A DNA stretch of 64,000 nucleotides, from positions 32,001 to 96,000 of the forward strand of contig CACZYB010000003.1 of assembly GCA_902785275.1 (NCBI GenBank), given 5' to 3'. The notes under the pieces are model-generated. The model was not told the DNA's origin. It searched no databases and worked only from the letters and a program-made list of their open reading frames with translations. This DNA is from an uncultured Pseudomonadota bacterium (lineage in GTDB: Bacteria; Pseudomonadota; Alphaproteobacteria; Rs-D84; CACZYB01). Within the stretch, counting starts at the first letter, position 1. Every line of letters starts with the position of its first letter. The translations under genes and the position numbers were made by a program. This document shows, piece after piece, positions 49,376 to 59,912 of this stretch.

Positions 49376-49567
49376 TTTAATAATCCTTTCTTTTTTGTTA
49401 TTATCATTTAAAGTAGATGCAAAAATTATACTATTTTTCTTTTAAAGTGCAAGAGATTTTATTTGACGAAATTTTCAATGTAGTCCTAGGAAGAATGCAG
49501 CTTTATACAAAGAAAACCCCTCCAACCGAGGGACGTGGAGGGGTGAATAACAAACTACTTTAAAATA

Positions 49568-50938
49568 TTAGTTATTTGTAGTAGTTGTGTCAGTTGTTGT
49601 TGGCAAAGCTGACTCTGAACCATCAGAATATTTGATGTTATCAAGGTCTGTCTTTGTTACGAAATTAACATCAACAAGATTTGTTCTTAATACATCTTCA
49701 CATTCTTTTGCGTCATCGATAACATCGCTAACTTTTGAACCAGCATTGATACCAAGTATTGTTGATGTAGCAGAAGTACCAGCTGTTACACCAGCAAGAA
49801 CTGTTGTAGCTGTATCCATTTTAGTTCTTTTTGCATGATTATCTTCATTTGACTCAGTACCCTTCTCTGCCTCAGTACTCTTCTCTGCATCAGTAGCAGT
49901 ATCCTTTGTGGTTGGTTTTTGCTTATTTGCAAGAATAGATGTTACTGTACCAGCAGCACCAGTTGCTGTACCAACACTTGATACGATACCAGATGCCAAT
50001 GTTAAGTTTTTAACTGTTTCAATGCTACCTTTACTGATTTCACATGCAGCAATAACTTTTGCAGCTTGTTCAGAAATCTTTTGAGCTTTTTGAATTTCTT
50101 CTGTTGCTGGTGTTACGCTATCCAATGCTGATTTAATAATCTTTAAATCTTTAACACGAGAGTTACATTCACCAATTTTATCAAGAACATCACTTGCAGT
50201 AGCAGTTGCAATAAATGAAGTTGTTGCAGAAACACCGGATGTTAATGTTGCACCAGCCATAAGACCAGTTGTTGCAGTCTTCATAACATCAGAGTTAAGA
50301 ATTTTTTGTGTCTTAGTTTTCTTTTCTTTTGCATTATCTTCAAGTTTATCATTATTCTTAAGAATAGATGTTGCAACAGCACCACCAGCAGCAAGTGTAC
50401 CAATACCTGATGAAACTGTTGATGCAGTGTTCAAACCAGAAATTCTTTCCAATGCGCCAGCAATACCTGAACATGATGCAGATACTTCTGTAAGTTGTAA
50501 TGAATATTTTTGAACTAATTCTTTGAATTTTTCAGCTTCTGCTTTTGAAGTATCAGAAACACACTTTACACCATCAAGTTTATAACCTGAAAGGCAAGCG
50601 ATTGCATCACCGTTTGCTTGGTTACATGCAGCAACACCGTCACCACATGATACGCATGATGCAGAACCTGCTGTTGACCATGTACCACTTGCGCATACTA
50701 CGCATGTTGCACCATCAAAGTATGTTCCGTTACCACAATCTGTTTGGGTGATTGAACGTGCATTTGATGTATCTGCACCTTTAGAATTTTTGTAATCTGA
50801 AGCTTGTTGTGGTTTATTCATTTTTGCAGTAGCTGTATATCTTGCTCTTCTTCCGCCACGATTTGCCTCAGCGTTTGAATTTAAAAGTGTAACACCGCAA
50901 ACAAGTGTTAATGTTAAAATGCTAATCCTACTCTTCAT
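49568..50938 (-). CDS. Secreted protein with Cys-rich repeat and duplicated Gly/Ala/Thr hydrophobic hairpins
   Basis: Signal ending AEA, CGNGTYFDGATCVVCASGTWSTAGSASC repeat, two homologous hairpin units, AGGAG RBS. Confidence 0.83.
   Translation of the reverse strand: MKSRISILTLTLVCGVTLLNSNAEANRGGRRARYTATAKMNKPQQASDYKNSKGADTSNARSITQTDCGNGTYFDGATCVVCASGTWSTAGSASCVSCGDGVAACNQANGDAIACLSGYKLDGVKCVSDTSKAEAEKFKELVQKYSLQLTEVSASCSGIAGALERISGLNTASTVSSGIGTLAAGGAVATSILKNNDKLEDNAKEKKTKTQKILNSDVMKTATTGLMAGATLTSGVSATTSFIATATASDVLDKIGECNSRVKDLKIIKSALDSVTPATEEIQKAQKISEQAAKVIAACEISKGSIETVKNLTLASGIVSSVGTATGAAGTVTSILANKQKPTTKDTATDAEKSTEAEKGTESNEDNHAKRTKMDTATTVLAGVTAGTSATSTILGINAGSKVSDVIDDAKECEDVLRTNLVDVNFVTKTDLDNIKYSDGSESALPTTTDTTTTNN
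49853..49895. repeat. 18-bp tandem repeat (about 2.4 copies) in a coding loop
   Basis: ctcagtacccttctctgc / ctcagtactcttctctgc / atcagta, encoding TDAEKS-TEAEKG-TE. Confidence 0.7.
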
Positions 50939-51193
50939 CTTTATCTCCTTTGTAGTTTTAGAATAATATTACATTGACATAATAGCACATTTTTTACATC
51001 TTTGCAAACAAAAAATCATGTTTTAGATAGGAAAATCTCTTTTTTTATGGGAATTATTTTTGGGAAATTATGCTTTTGTAGGTACCATGGCGGTGAAGCC
51101 ATCTACTTTTTACCATATAACGCCGAGAAATCAGCCAAGAATAACGTATAGTAAACTGAGCAGATAAATAGATATTTCAATGATTTAATGAAG

Positions 51194-51281
51194 TGGCGGA
51201 GGGTACAGGACTCGAACCTGTGGACCAGTATTACCGGTCACGGATTAGCAATCCGCTGCATTACCGCTCTGCCAACCCTCC
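51194..51281 (-). tRNA. tRNA-Ser (GCT)
   Basis: GGAGGGT acceptor stem, anticodon loop TTGCTAA, long variable arm, GTTCGAG, GCCA end. Confidence 0.97.
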
Positions 51282-51337
51282 AAAAGGATAATAGATTTAT
51301 ACATTAACTTTATCCTAATTTCAAGGAAAAAAGTTTA

Positions 51338-52846
51338 TTATTTTCGTTTTTGCACTTTGGGATTGCTTTCTTGAGTGCTTAGCAATAATGCCTTTAGGTT
51401 ATCGATTGGGATGAAAAGCATTTGTGGGCGATAGGCGATTTCGTAATTAATTTCGTAAAGGTTACGGCGGAAAATTTCAATTTCAAGCCAATCTTTATCT
51501 ATATCAACTTCGGATAAAAATGCGTCGGATAAATTTTTTATAACCGGTTTTATAGTAGAATTGGCCCACAAAAGTTTTTCATTATTTATTGTACCATTTT
51601 CATCTGTGGCAAAGCGTTTTGTTACCACGACTGGCAAATAACCACTTATGGAACGGTACATTCCTGCAATGTCGTACATATAGGAGCGTTTTTCCTTTCG
51701 GGCAGAAAAATCAAGATTTGGTTCACCGGAAAAATCGATAAACTTGATTGCGCCGGATTTTGACTCTATGGCTTGACCAAGGTGGAAATCCCCGTGAACA
51801 CGCATCAAAAGACCCCTATCCTTTCGATTGGAAATTTTATTAAACTTTTCATTCAAAAACTTTGATATATACTTTTCCCAATTTTGAAGAATTTCTTGGA
51901 TATTCAAAGCCATATCAGAGGAAAGCTTGTTTATATTATTTTTGATATTATCCTTTGTTTCCAACATAAGTTTTTTTAACTCACTTTTATATTCGCGGAT
52001 ATAGGACAAAGTTACTGGCTTTGATATCAAACTTTTATCCCCAGAAAATGATGAAAGGCAAGATATAAGCTTTTCCGTTTCGTGACCGACAAGATGCATA
52101 AGCTCCGAAAGTTTTTTATATTTCGGAAGGGTTATAATATCCGATTGGGAAGAAAATGCTTCAGATAAGATAGAAAGCAATTTTTCACGGGAAAGTTCCC
52201 ATAAATCGCCATTATTTGGAACAAATTCCTGTATAATACCGACAAAAGCACTTTCACCTGTGGTATTGATAAGTGAAAGGTGTCCATAGGTTTTTGGGAC
52301 AACCCTGCACCCTGTTTTCATAAGGTTATAGTTCATTTCGACTTCGGGATTTGCATCCTTTGTAAACTCTATCATACGTTGCTGTTTAAACGCAAAAATG
52401 TTATCACCCACTATGATTGTAGAATTACTTTGTTCGGCATTAAGAGGTTTTGAAATATCATCTATATGCTTTGTTATAAAATCAAAACCATCCCATGATT
52501 GATATATCAATTTAAAACCATTGGAAAAAACGAAACCTTTATCCAATGCAATCTCAGTCATCAACGAAGACCAATAACTTTTGGATTTTAGTGCGTCATA
52601 ATATTCGTGACCTTTGTATTTCAAAGGGACTTCGTTTTCTATTTTTTCCGAAGTTAAGGGCATTATAAAATATTGAGGCAAGGCATTTTTTATGATGGCT
52701 TTACCTATGATAAAAAACTTTTTTTCATTATCAAAAGATTTTGCCTCAAGAACTATATCCTCTATTAAATCAGAGCTGATTTCATTTTTGAAACTACACC
52801 AACGTTTATCATAAATGTAATCGAGTAAGATTTTATTTTTGTTCAA
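51338..52846 (-). CDS. Maltokinase (Mak/Pep2, TreS C-terminal-like)
   Basis: AEQSNSTI, NPEVEM, RVHGDFHLGQ, FIDFSGEP, DIAGMYRS, LYEINYE..YRP. TTG start. Confidence 0.85.
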   Translation of the reverse strand: MNKNKILLDYIYDKRWCSFKNEISSDLIEDIVLEAKSFDNEKKFFIIGKAIIKNALPQYFIMPLTSEKIENEVPLKYKGHEYYDALKSKSYWSSLMTEIALDKGFVFSNGFKLIYQSWDGFDFITKHIDDISKPLNAEQSNSTIIVGDNIFAFKQQRMIEFTKDANPEVEMNYNLMKTGCRVVPKTYGHLSLINTTGESAFVGIIQEFVPNNGDLWELSREKLLSILSEAFSSQSDIITLPKYKKLSELMHLVGHETEKLISCLSSFSGDKSLISKPVTLSYIREYKSELKKLMLETKDNIKNNINKLSSDMALNIQEILQNWEKYISKFLNEKFNKISNRKDRGLLMRVHGDFHLGQAIESKSGAIKFIDFSGEPNLDFSARKEKRSYMYDIAGMYRSISGYLPVVVTKRFATDENGTINNEKLLWANSTIKPVIKNLSDAFLSEVDIDKDWLEIEIFRRNLYEINYEIAYRPQMLFIPIDNLKALLLSTQESNPKVQKRK

Positions 52847-52916
52847 TTTAAACTTCCCTTATCTTTAAAATTGTGATAATATTGTATCATAAAAAGAGGG
52901 GGAAAAAAATAAAAAT

Positions 52917-55079
52917 ATGCCAAATTTATTGAGAAAATTATCTGAAATATATGGAATAACTTCTTTTTATATAGATAAAATGGGCGTAAAACATTTAACA
53001 AGTGATGTTTTAAGGAAAACTTTTCTTAAGTCTTTTGGTATAAAAAGTTTTACAGAAAAAGCTATTGAAAAAAAAGTAAAAGATTTTGATGATTTTCCTT
53101 GGCTTAACGGGTTCGAATATAATTATACTTTCTTTGATAATGAAAAGATTGAAATTACCCTTTATGTTAATAAAAATCTTATAGGAAAAAGGGCAAAGTT
53201 TACATTTATTAACGAAGTTGGAACAAAGTTTTTTACGACAAAAGCTTTGGATAAAAAATATATTGTAAAAACAAAAAATATTGATGGGGAAAGGTACTTT
53301 AAATTACTTCTTTCTTTTGGGAAAAAACTTACTCCAGATTATTATGATATAGTGGCAGAAGTTGGTGGTATTGAATATAAAACTTTTTTAATAATTGCAC
53401 CAAAAAGTTCCTTTCTTCCAACGGTAATTAAAAATAAAGAAAAAATTTTGGGGTTAAATGTTCAACTTTATGCAATACAATCAAAACAAAATATGGGGAT
53501 TGGTGATTTTTCTGATTTAAAAAGATTTATAACCTTAACCCATAAATATGGATGCGAATTTATTGGTGTAAATCCATTGGGTGTGATGTCTTCTATTCCA
53601 TCAAGAGATGTTTCTCCATACAGAGTTTTCAGCCGTGAATATATAAACTATATATATTTGGATTTAACCGAAGTTGATGACTTTAAAAAATCAAAAGATA
53701 TTCAAAAATATATCAAAACAAAAGAGTACAAAGATGAGCTTAAAAAAATAAAGTCATCTGATGTTATTAATTATAGGGCTGTGTTTGATTTCAAATTAAA
53801 ACTTTTGAAACTTATGTACGAACAATTTAAAAATTATGAAATCAGAAATAATACGGTAAGGGCAAGATATTTTCAAAAGTTTTTAAATAGCGAAGGTGAA
53901 AAGCTTGAAAACCTTTGTTTGTTTGAAGCGATTTTTGAAAAGCAAAAAAAGTATTGGAAAGATTGGGCAAATAACCTTTGGGATATTAATTCTGAAGATG
54001 TAAAAAAGTTTAAAAAAGCAAATATTGATAAAATAAAATTTTATGCGTATGCACACTGGCTTTCACATTTACAACTTTGCGAAGTAGAAAGCCTAACAAA
54101 AAAACTTAAAATGAAAATTGGGCTTTATTTGGATGTGCCGGTTGGAGCTGCATCTGATGGTGTTGAGGTATGGGAAAAAACTTCGGGATTTATGGATGAA
54201 ATTGATATTGGTACACCACCAGATACCATAAGACCAAAGGGGCAAACATGGGGACTTATCCCACCAAACCCAATTGAAATGAAAAAAAATCATTATGTCG
54301 ATTTCAGGAATCTTTTAAGAAAGAATATGCGATATGCAAATGCAATAAGGCTTGACCATTCGTTCAGTCTTATGCGACTTTTCTGTATTTCAAAAAAAAA
54401 TGGTGGCGCATATATAAACTATGATTTCAAGGATATGGTTGCGATACTTTGTCTTGAAAGTTACAAAAATAAATGCTTGGTCATTGGGGAAGATTTAGGT
54501 AATGTGCCAGACGGTTTTCCGGAAATGATGATAAAGCATAATATTCTTTCAAACAAAATTCTTTTCAGGCAAAAAGATGAAAATGGTAATTTCTTGGATA
54601 CGGGAAAATATCCGTACCTTTCACTTTGTCAGGTAAGTACTCATGATCAGGCGACAAGTTGTGGATACTGGATTGCAGAAGATATTGAAGTAAACAACAA
54701 ATGTCATCTTCTTCCAAAAAAGGAGCATTATATTGCGAACCTTAATGAAAGGGATGAGGAGCGAGAAGATTTCCTTCGCATACTTAAAAAAACAAAATCA
54801 TTTTACAAAAATAATGAAAAAAGTTTTGTTAAAAATGTTCATGGGCAGGAGGTTCCAAAGAATCTTGAATACTCTTTCAATATTTATGGAATGAAGACAA
54901 ATTGTGCGATATTTCTTATCAAAACAGCAGATGTTTTTGCTCAGGTTGAAATGGAAAATGTGCCTGGAACTGTGGATGAATATCCAAACTGGAGAATAAA
55001 GCTTCCAATACTTTTGGATGATATGGAAAGCGATGGAAGATTAAGAAAGTTTTTAAAGGAAATGAAAAAATACAGATGA
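52917..55079 (+). CDS. malQ: 4-alpha-glucanotransferase (amylomaltase)
   Basis: VQLYA, GIGDFSDL, SPY, GLYLDVPVG, GQTWG, IRLDH, IGEDLG, STHD, NVPGTVDEYPNWR. Confidence 0.94.
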   Translation: MPNLLRKLSEIYGITSFYIDKMGVKHLTSDVLRKTFLKSFGIKSFTEKAIEKKVKDFDDFPWLNGFEYNYTFFDNEKIEITLYVNKNLIGKRAKFTFINEVGTKFFTTKALDKKYIVKTKNIDGERYFKLLLSFGKKLTPDYYDIVAEVGGIEYKTFLIIAPKSSFLPTVIKNKEKILGLNVQLYAIQSKQNMGIGDFSDLKRFITLTHKYGCEFIGVNPLGVMSSIPSRDVSPYRVFSREYINYIYLDLTEVDDFKKSKDIQKYIKTKEYKDELKKIKSSDVINYRAVFDFKLKLLKLMYEQFKNYEIRNNTVRARYFQKFLNSEGEKLENLCLFEAIFEKQKKYWKDWANNLWDINSEDVKKFKKANIDKIKFYAYAHWLSHLQLCEVESLTKKLKMKIGLYLDVPVGAASDGVEVWEKTSGFMDEIDIGTPPDTIRPKGQTWGLIPPNPIEMKKNHYVDFRNLLRKNMRYANAIRLDHSFSLMRLFCISKKNGGAYINYDFKDMVAILCLESYKNKCLVIGEDLGNVPDGFPEMMIKHNILSNKILFRQKDENGNFLDTGKYPYLSLCQVSTHDQATSCGYWIAEDIEVNNKCHLLPKKEHYIANLNERDEEREDFLRILKKTKSFYKNNEKSFVKNVHGQEVPKNLEYSFNIYGMKTNCAIFLIKTADVFAQVEMENVPGTVDEYPNWRIKLPILLDDMESDGRLRKFLKEMKKYR

Positions 55080-55109
55080 AAAAAGGGAGCGATAAGCCCC
55101 CTTTTCTTT

Positions 55110-56915
55110 TTATTTAAGCTCTTCTTCTTTTTTTTGTTTGAACTGCATATTATAAAGTTTTGCATATTCACCATTTTTAGCAAGTAGGGTTTCATGATTA
55201 CCCTCTTCTATAATATGACCTTTCTCAATCACGTAAATCATATCTGCATTTTTGATTGTTGAAAGACGGTGTGCAATAACGATAGTTGTTCTGTTTTTCA
55301 TCAAATTATCAAGTGCAGTTTGTACTTCAAATTCTGACTCAGTATCAAGTGCAGAAGTCGCCTCATCAAGAAGAAGTATTGGAGCATTTTTGATAATAGC
55401 ACGAGCAATAGAAATTCTTTGCTTTTGACCACCAGAAAGACGAACACCCTTTTCACCAATTTTTGTTTTATAACCATCACTCATAGCCATAATGAAATCA
55501 TAGGCATTTGCAGATTTAGAAGCCTTAATAATTTCTTCATCAGAAACAGTTTTACATTCTTTTTCACCCTTACCATATGCGATGTTATTTCTGATTGTAT
55601 CATCGAACAAAATAACCTCTTGGCTTACAAGTGAAGTATTTTCACGAAGAGAGCGTTGAGATAAGGTTCTTATATCTTTACCGTCGATTAAGATTTGTCC
55701 AGATGTTGGTTCAAAAAAACGAGGTATCAAATTAACGATAGTTGTTTTTCCACCACCACTTGCACCAACAAGAGCAACTGTTTTACCTGCTGGAATTGTC
55801 ATATTGATATTTTTCAATATTGGCTTGCCTGCTTCATATTCAAAACAAACATCCTTGAATTCAATATCACCTTTTACATTTGTTAAATCAATAGCATTAT
55901 CAATATCTTTGATTGCTGGTTTTGTATCAATTATGTCGTATACACGTTCTGCACTTACCATAGCAGTTTGAAGTTGTACACGGAAATTGATAAGAGATTT
56001 TAATGGTTTATACACAGAAACCCATGCACCCAAGAATGTCACAAAACCACCAGTTGTAAGACCTCCATTTGCAATTTGCATACCTCCGAAAACTATAATA
56101 CCAGATAAAATGAAACCTGATAAACCTTCGATAACAGGAGTTGCAACAGCAGTATTTTTTACAACGTTCATGGAAATATTGAACATATTATTAAGAATAT
56201 TTTTTATTCTTGATGCTTCGAATTTTTCCATACAGTAAGATTTTATTATCTTAACATTTTGTAATGACTCGGAAATCTGCGCAACGAATTCAGCACTTTG
56301 TTGTGTACTGCTGAACATTGCCTTTTTAACCTTACGATTGATTAATCCGATTGCAACGGCACCAATAGGGAAGAATAAGAAAATAACCAAACACATTTTC
56401 CATGAATAAAACATCATAAGTCCGAACATAGAAACGCATGTAATTAAATCTTTGAAGATGTGGGTAATGAAGTTAATCGCAATATTTGTGATTGCATTAC
56501 AATCATTTATAATACGAGAAAGCATTTGGCCACTGGAGTTTTTATTAAAATATCCCATATCAAGAGAGATAATATGTGAAAAAACTCTTTGTTGGATTGA
56601 TTGAACAGTCTTTGTACTTATGTGTGAAAGGATTAAAGTTTGTGAAAAATAAAACCAACCCTTTAGGAAATAAAGACCAATAACCTGTGCACAAAGAAGC
56701 ATTAACATCTTGTTATCACCATCAATAAAACCATTATCAAATATAGGTTTCAAAAGGGAAACAGAATATGCTTCGGTAAGAGCTGTAAGTGAAGTAATAG
56801 CCATTGCACCAATCAATGCCCAGATATATTTCTTTGTATGGTCACGCCAAATACGTTTCAATATTCCAACGTTAAGACCTGAAACCTTTTCTTTTTTATT
56901 CTTCTTTTTAAACAT
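55110..56915 (-). CDS. msbA: ABC exporter, MsbA-like lipid A flippase
   Basis: TMD plus NBD (GASGGGKTT, LSGGQKQR, LDEATSALD, IAHRLST). ATG 56915 lies just after the ftsH stop. Confidence 0.8.
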   Translation of the reverse strand: MFKKKNKKEKVSGLNVGILKRIWRDHTKKYIWALIGAMAITSLTALTEAYSVSLLKPIFDNGFIDGDNKMLMLLCAQVIGLYFLKGWFYFSQTLILSHISTKTVQSIQQRVFSHIISLDMGYFNKNSSGQMLSRIINDCNAITNIAINFITHIFKDLITCVSMFGLMMFYSWKMCLVIFLFFPIGAVAIGLINRKVKKAMFSSTQQSAEFVAQISESLQNVKIIKSYCMEKFEASRIKNILNNMFNISMNVVKNTAVATPVIEGLSGFILSGIIVFGGMQIANGGLTTGGFVTFLGAWVSVYKPLKSLINFRVQLQTAMVSAERVYDIIDTKPAIKDIDNAIDLTNVKGDIEFKDVCFEYEAGKPILKNINMTIPAGKTVALVGASGGGKTTIVNLIPRFFEPTSGQILIDGKDIRTLSQRSLRENTSLVSQEVILFDDTIRNNIAYGKGEKECKTVSDEEIIKASKSANAYDFIMAMSDGYKTKIGEKGVRLSGGQKQRISIARAIIKNAPILLLDEATSALDTESEFEVQTALDNLMKNRTTIVIAHRLSTIKNADMIYVIEKGHIIEEGNHETLLAKNGEYAKLYNMQFKQKKEEELK

Positions 56916-56916
56916 A

Positions 56917-58833
56917 TTAAACCTTCTTTTTTGTTTCTTTGATTTCTTTTGTTTCATTTACTTCTGTTTTAACAGATTTTTTATCAGTTAAAGGAACAGA
57001 AGATATCCTTTTGAATTCGTTTACCTTTTTGATATCTTTCTTTTGAATAGAAATTTTTTTACCGTTAACTATTGCACGAACTTCGTCACCAGTTAGTGTT
57101 TCATATTCAAGTAAAGCCTTAGCCAACTTTTCAAGTTTTGCCTTATTCTTTGTAATAGTTGACTTTGCAAGTTTATAACCTTCATCAAGCATACGTTTTA
57201 CTTCTTCATCAATTTCACGAGAAGTTTGTTCAGAGAACTTATAATGTTCATCTTCGCCATAAAATACAGGGCCGATTTTATCACTTAATCCCCATCTTAT
57301 AACAGCATTTCTCGCATACTTGGTTGCCATTTCTATATCTGCACTGGCACCTGTTGTAACCTTTGCTTTACCAAAGAAAAGCTCCTCGGAAATACGGCCA
57401 GCCATAGCAACAGCAATATCTGACTTTATCTCTGTTATATTAACGCTAACCTTATCACGTTCAGGAAGTTTTTGAACAAGACCCAATGATCTTCCTCTTG
57501 GGATAATTGTTGCCTTGTGTATTGGATCAACTTCTGGAAGAAGTACAGCACAAAGTGCATGACCTGCTTCGTGATATGCAGTATTTTTAATTTCATCAGG
57601 TGACATAGTTTTTGATTTTTTCTCGGCACCCATCAAAATCTTATCACGAGCGTATTCAAAATCATTTTCTGTAATTTGCTTTCTATTGTTACGAGCAGCA
57701 ATCAAAGCAGCTTCGTTTACCAAGTTTGCCAAGTCAGCACCACTGAACCCTGGAGTTCCACGAGCAACATTTATTGCCTGAACATCGGAAAGAATATTTA
57801 CTTCTTTCATATATTTTGAAAGTATTGCTTCACGACCCTTTAAATCAGGAAGATCGATATAAACCTGTCTATCAAATCTACCTGGACGAAGAAGAGCGTT
57901 ATCCAAAACATCAACACGGTTTGTTGCGGCAATAACAATAACACCCTTGTTGATTGCAAAACCATCCATTTCAACAAGAAGTTGGTTTAAAGTTTGCTCT
58001 CTTTCGTCATTACCACCACCGTATCCAGAACCACGATGACGACCAACAGCATCAATTTCATCGATAAATACTAAGCATGGTGCATTTTTTGTTGCCTGTT
58101 CGAAAAGGGATCGAACACGACTTGCACCAACACCAACGAACATTTCAACAAATTCAGAACCAGATGTTGAAAAGAATGGAACACCAGCTTCACCAGCAAT
58201 AGCTTTTGCAAGCAATGTTTTACCTGTTCCAGGAGGACCAACAAGTAAAACACCCTTTGGAATTTTTGCACCTAAGCGAGAATATTTTTTTGGATCACGC
58301 AAAAAGTCTACAATTTCAGCAACATCTTGTTTCGCCTCATCAACACCAAGAACATCGGAAAAGCGAACCTTTTGCATATCTGGAGTAAACATTTTTATAT
58401 TTGTTTTGCCAATACCAAATTTATCGCCCTTCATACTTTTGAAAAGCATAACAAGGATAACAATCCATAGAAGCGAGCTGAACACATCGATAAGTTTCAT
58501 AAAATTGAACCCCTTTGATACAGGTTCAAGCTTTACCTCTGTTGGGATTTTATTTTCTTCTAATGTTTCAAGAAGCTTTGGATAAAGGACAACTTGTGAA
58601 GTAAAAGTCTTTGAAATATCGTTCTTTTTTGATGGTTTAAGTTTGCCCTCTATCAAATCCCCCTTAATTACAACGGATTCAATTTTTTTATCCTTTACAT
58701 TTTGAAGGAATTCCGAAAAAATCATTGAATTTTCAGGAGTTTTTGATGTTTTTTTTGATGTTCCGTCTGAAATTACGGAAAAAATCAATACCAATAACAC
58801 TACAAAATACCAATTTTTCCAGTTTTTAAACAT
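56917..58833 (-). CDS. ftsH: ATP-dependent zinc metalloprotease FtsH
   Basis: [37 protein letters not shown]. Confidence 0.98.
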   Translation of the reverse strand: MFKNWKNWYFVVLLVLIFSVISDGTSKKTSKTPENSMIFSEFLQNVKDKKIESVVIKGDLIEGKLKPSKKNDISKTFTSQVVLYPKLLETLEENKIPTEVKLEPVSKGFNFMKLIDVFSSLLWIVILVMLFKSMKGDKFGIGKTNIKMFTPDMQKVRFSDVLGVDEAKQDVAEIVDFLRDPKKYSRLGAKIPKGVLLVGPPGTGKTLLAKAIAGEAGVPFFSTSGSEFVEMFVGVGASRVRSLFEQATKNAPCLVFIDEIDAVGRHRGSGYGGGNDEREQTLNQLLVEMDGFAINKGVIVIAATNRVDVLDNALLRPGRFDRQVYIDLPDLKGREAILSKYMKEVNILSDVQAINVARGTPGFSGADLANLVNEAALIAARNNRKQITENDFEYARDKILMGAEKKSKTMSPDEIKNTAYHEAGHALCAVLLPEVDPIHKATIIPRGRSLGLVQKLPERDKVSVNITEIKSDIAVAMAGRISEELFFGKAKVTTGASADIEMATKYARNAVIRWGLSDKIGPVFYGEDEHYKFSEQTSREIDEEVKRMLDEGYKLAKSTITKNKAKLEKLAKALLEYETLTGDEVRAIVNGKKISIQKKDIKKVNEFKRISSVPLTDKKSVKTEVNETKEIKETKKKV

Positions 58834-58886
58834 TTTGATAATCCTTTTTATCTAAATTACTAATAGGTAGAGTTTAAACTATAAAT

Positions 58887-59888
58887 TTACATTTTACCAG
58901 CAGTTTTTTTGCCTCTGCCAATTTCTGGCATCATAATTATATTTCCCGCTTTATCAAATGAAATCTTTAGTTTCGAAAGGGTAATACCTTTATTCAATGT
59001 TGAATTTTTTATCCTGTTATACAAATTTTCAAGACTTTCAAATCGAGGTGGATATTCCGAATTTGAAAAATCCTTTATCAATTTTGCAAGTGCACGAAGA
59101 ACAACCTCCTGTGGGTAATATAAAAGTTCTTCTTTATCAATAATAAGCTTTAAATTCTTTGAAATTATAGACTTTTTTAAACACTCGTTAACAAAGAATT
59201 CGATACTATTACGGACACGCTCCATATTTTTCATTGTATCAACTAAACGTTCATTGGAAAGACCAAGTGTATCAATTAATTCCTTTAAATTACGAATCCT
59301 TACACGCTTATATTTTGTATCTAAATTACTTGGATCTTCAATCCAGCTTTGGGAAATAGAGTTAAGATATTCCTTTATTTCCGACTTTGTAAATTTAAGC
59401 ATAGGACGAACAATCTTTACACCCAAACGTTCAGAAATTTCTGGCATTCCACAAAGTCCATAGACACCACTTCCACGGGCAAGATTAAGGAAAAATGTTT
59501 CACGTTGTTCGTCTTGGTTATGTGCGATAAAAAGATGAGTGATTGAATTTTTTTTCATATAATTGGTTAGTAATTCATAGCGATATTCACGTGCAACTGC
59601 TTCGATATTTGAAGTTGGAATCACCCCATCATAAGTTAAGGTAATATGTTTTATACCATACTTTTCGCACCAGTTATGTACTGTTTCTGCTTCAAGCTTT
59701 GCTTCTGGTCTAAGGTTATGGTCAACAGTTATTGCAGTAATATCAACACTATTTTCTTTTGCCCAATTATTTGCAAGAAGTGTAAGAGACATACTGTCAG
59801 AACCACCAGAAACAGCAACGGCTATACTTTTTGGTTTTTGTTGGAGGATGGAATCCAAATTATTATTAAAAGCTTCTTGTCTAATCAT
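58887..59888 (-). CDS. tilS: tRNA(Ile)-lysidine synthase
   Basis: AVSGGSDS, VDHNLR, AREYRY, RGSG, EDPSN. Upstream of ftsH. Confidence 0.95.
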   Translation of the reverse strand: MIRQEAFNNNLDSILQQKPKSIAVAVSGGSDSMSLTLLANNWAKENSVDITAITVDHNLRPEAKLEAETVHNWCEKYGIKHITLTYDGVIPTSNIEAVAREYRYELLTNYMKKNSITHLFIAHNQDEQRETFFLNLARGSGVYGLCGMPEISERLGVKIVRPMLKFTKSEIKEYLNSISQSWIEDPSNLDTKYKRVRIRNLKELIDTLGLSNERLVDTMKNMERVRNSIEFFVNECLKKSIISKNLKLIIDKEELLYYPQEVVLRALAKLIKDFSNSEYPPRFESLENLYNRIKNSTLNKGITLSKLKISFDKAGNIIMMPEIGRGKKTAGKM

Positions 59889-59912
59889 ACTTTATATATA
59901 GGTAAAAATGAG

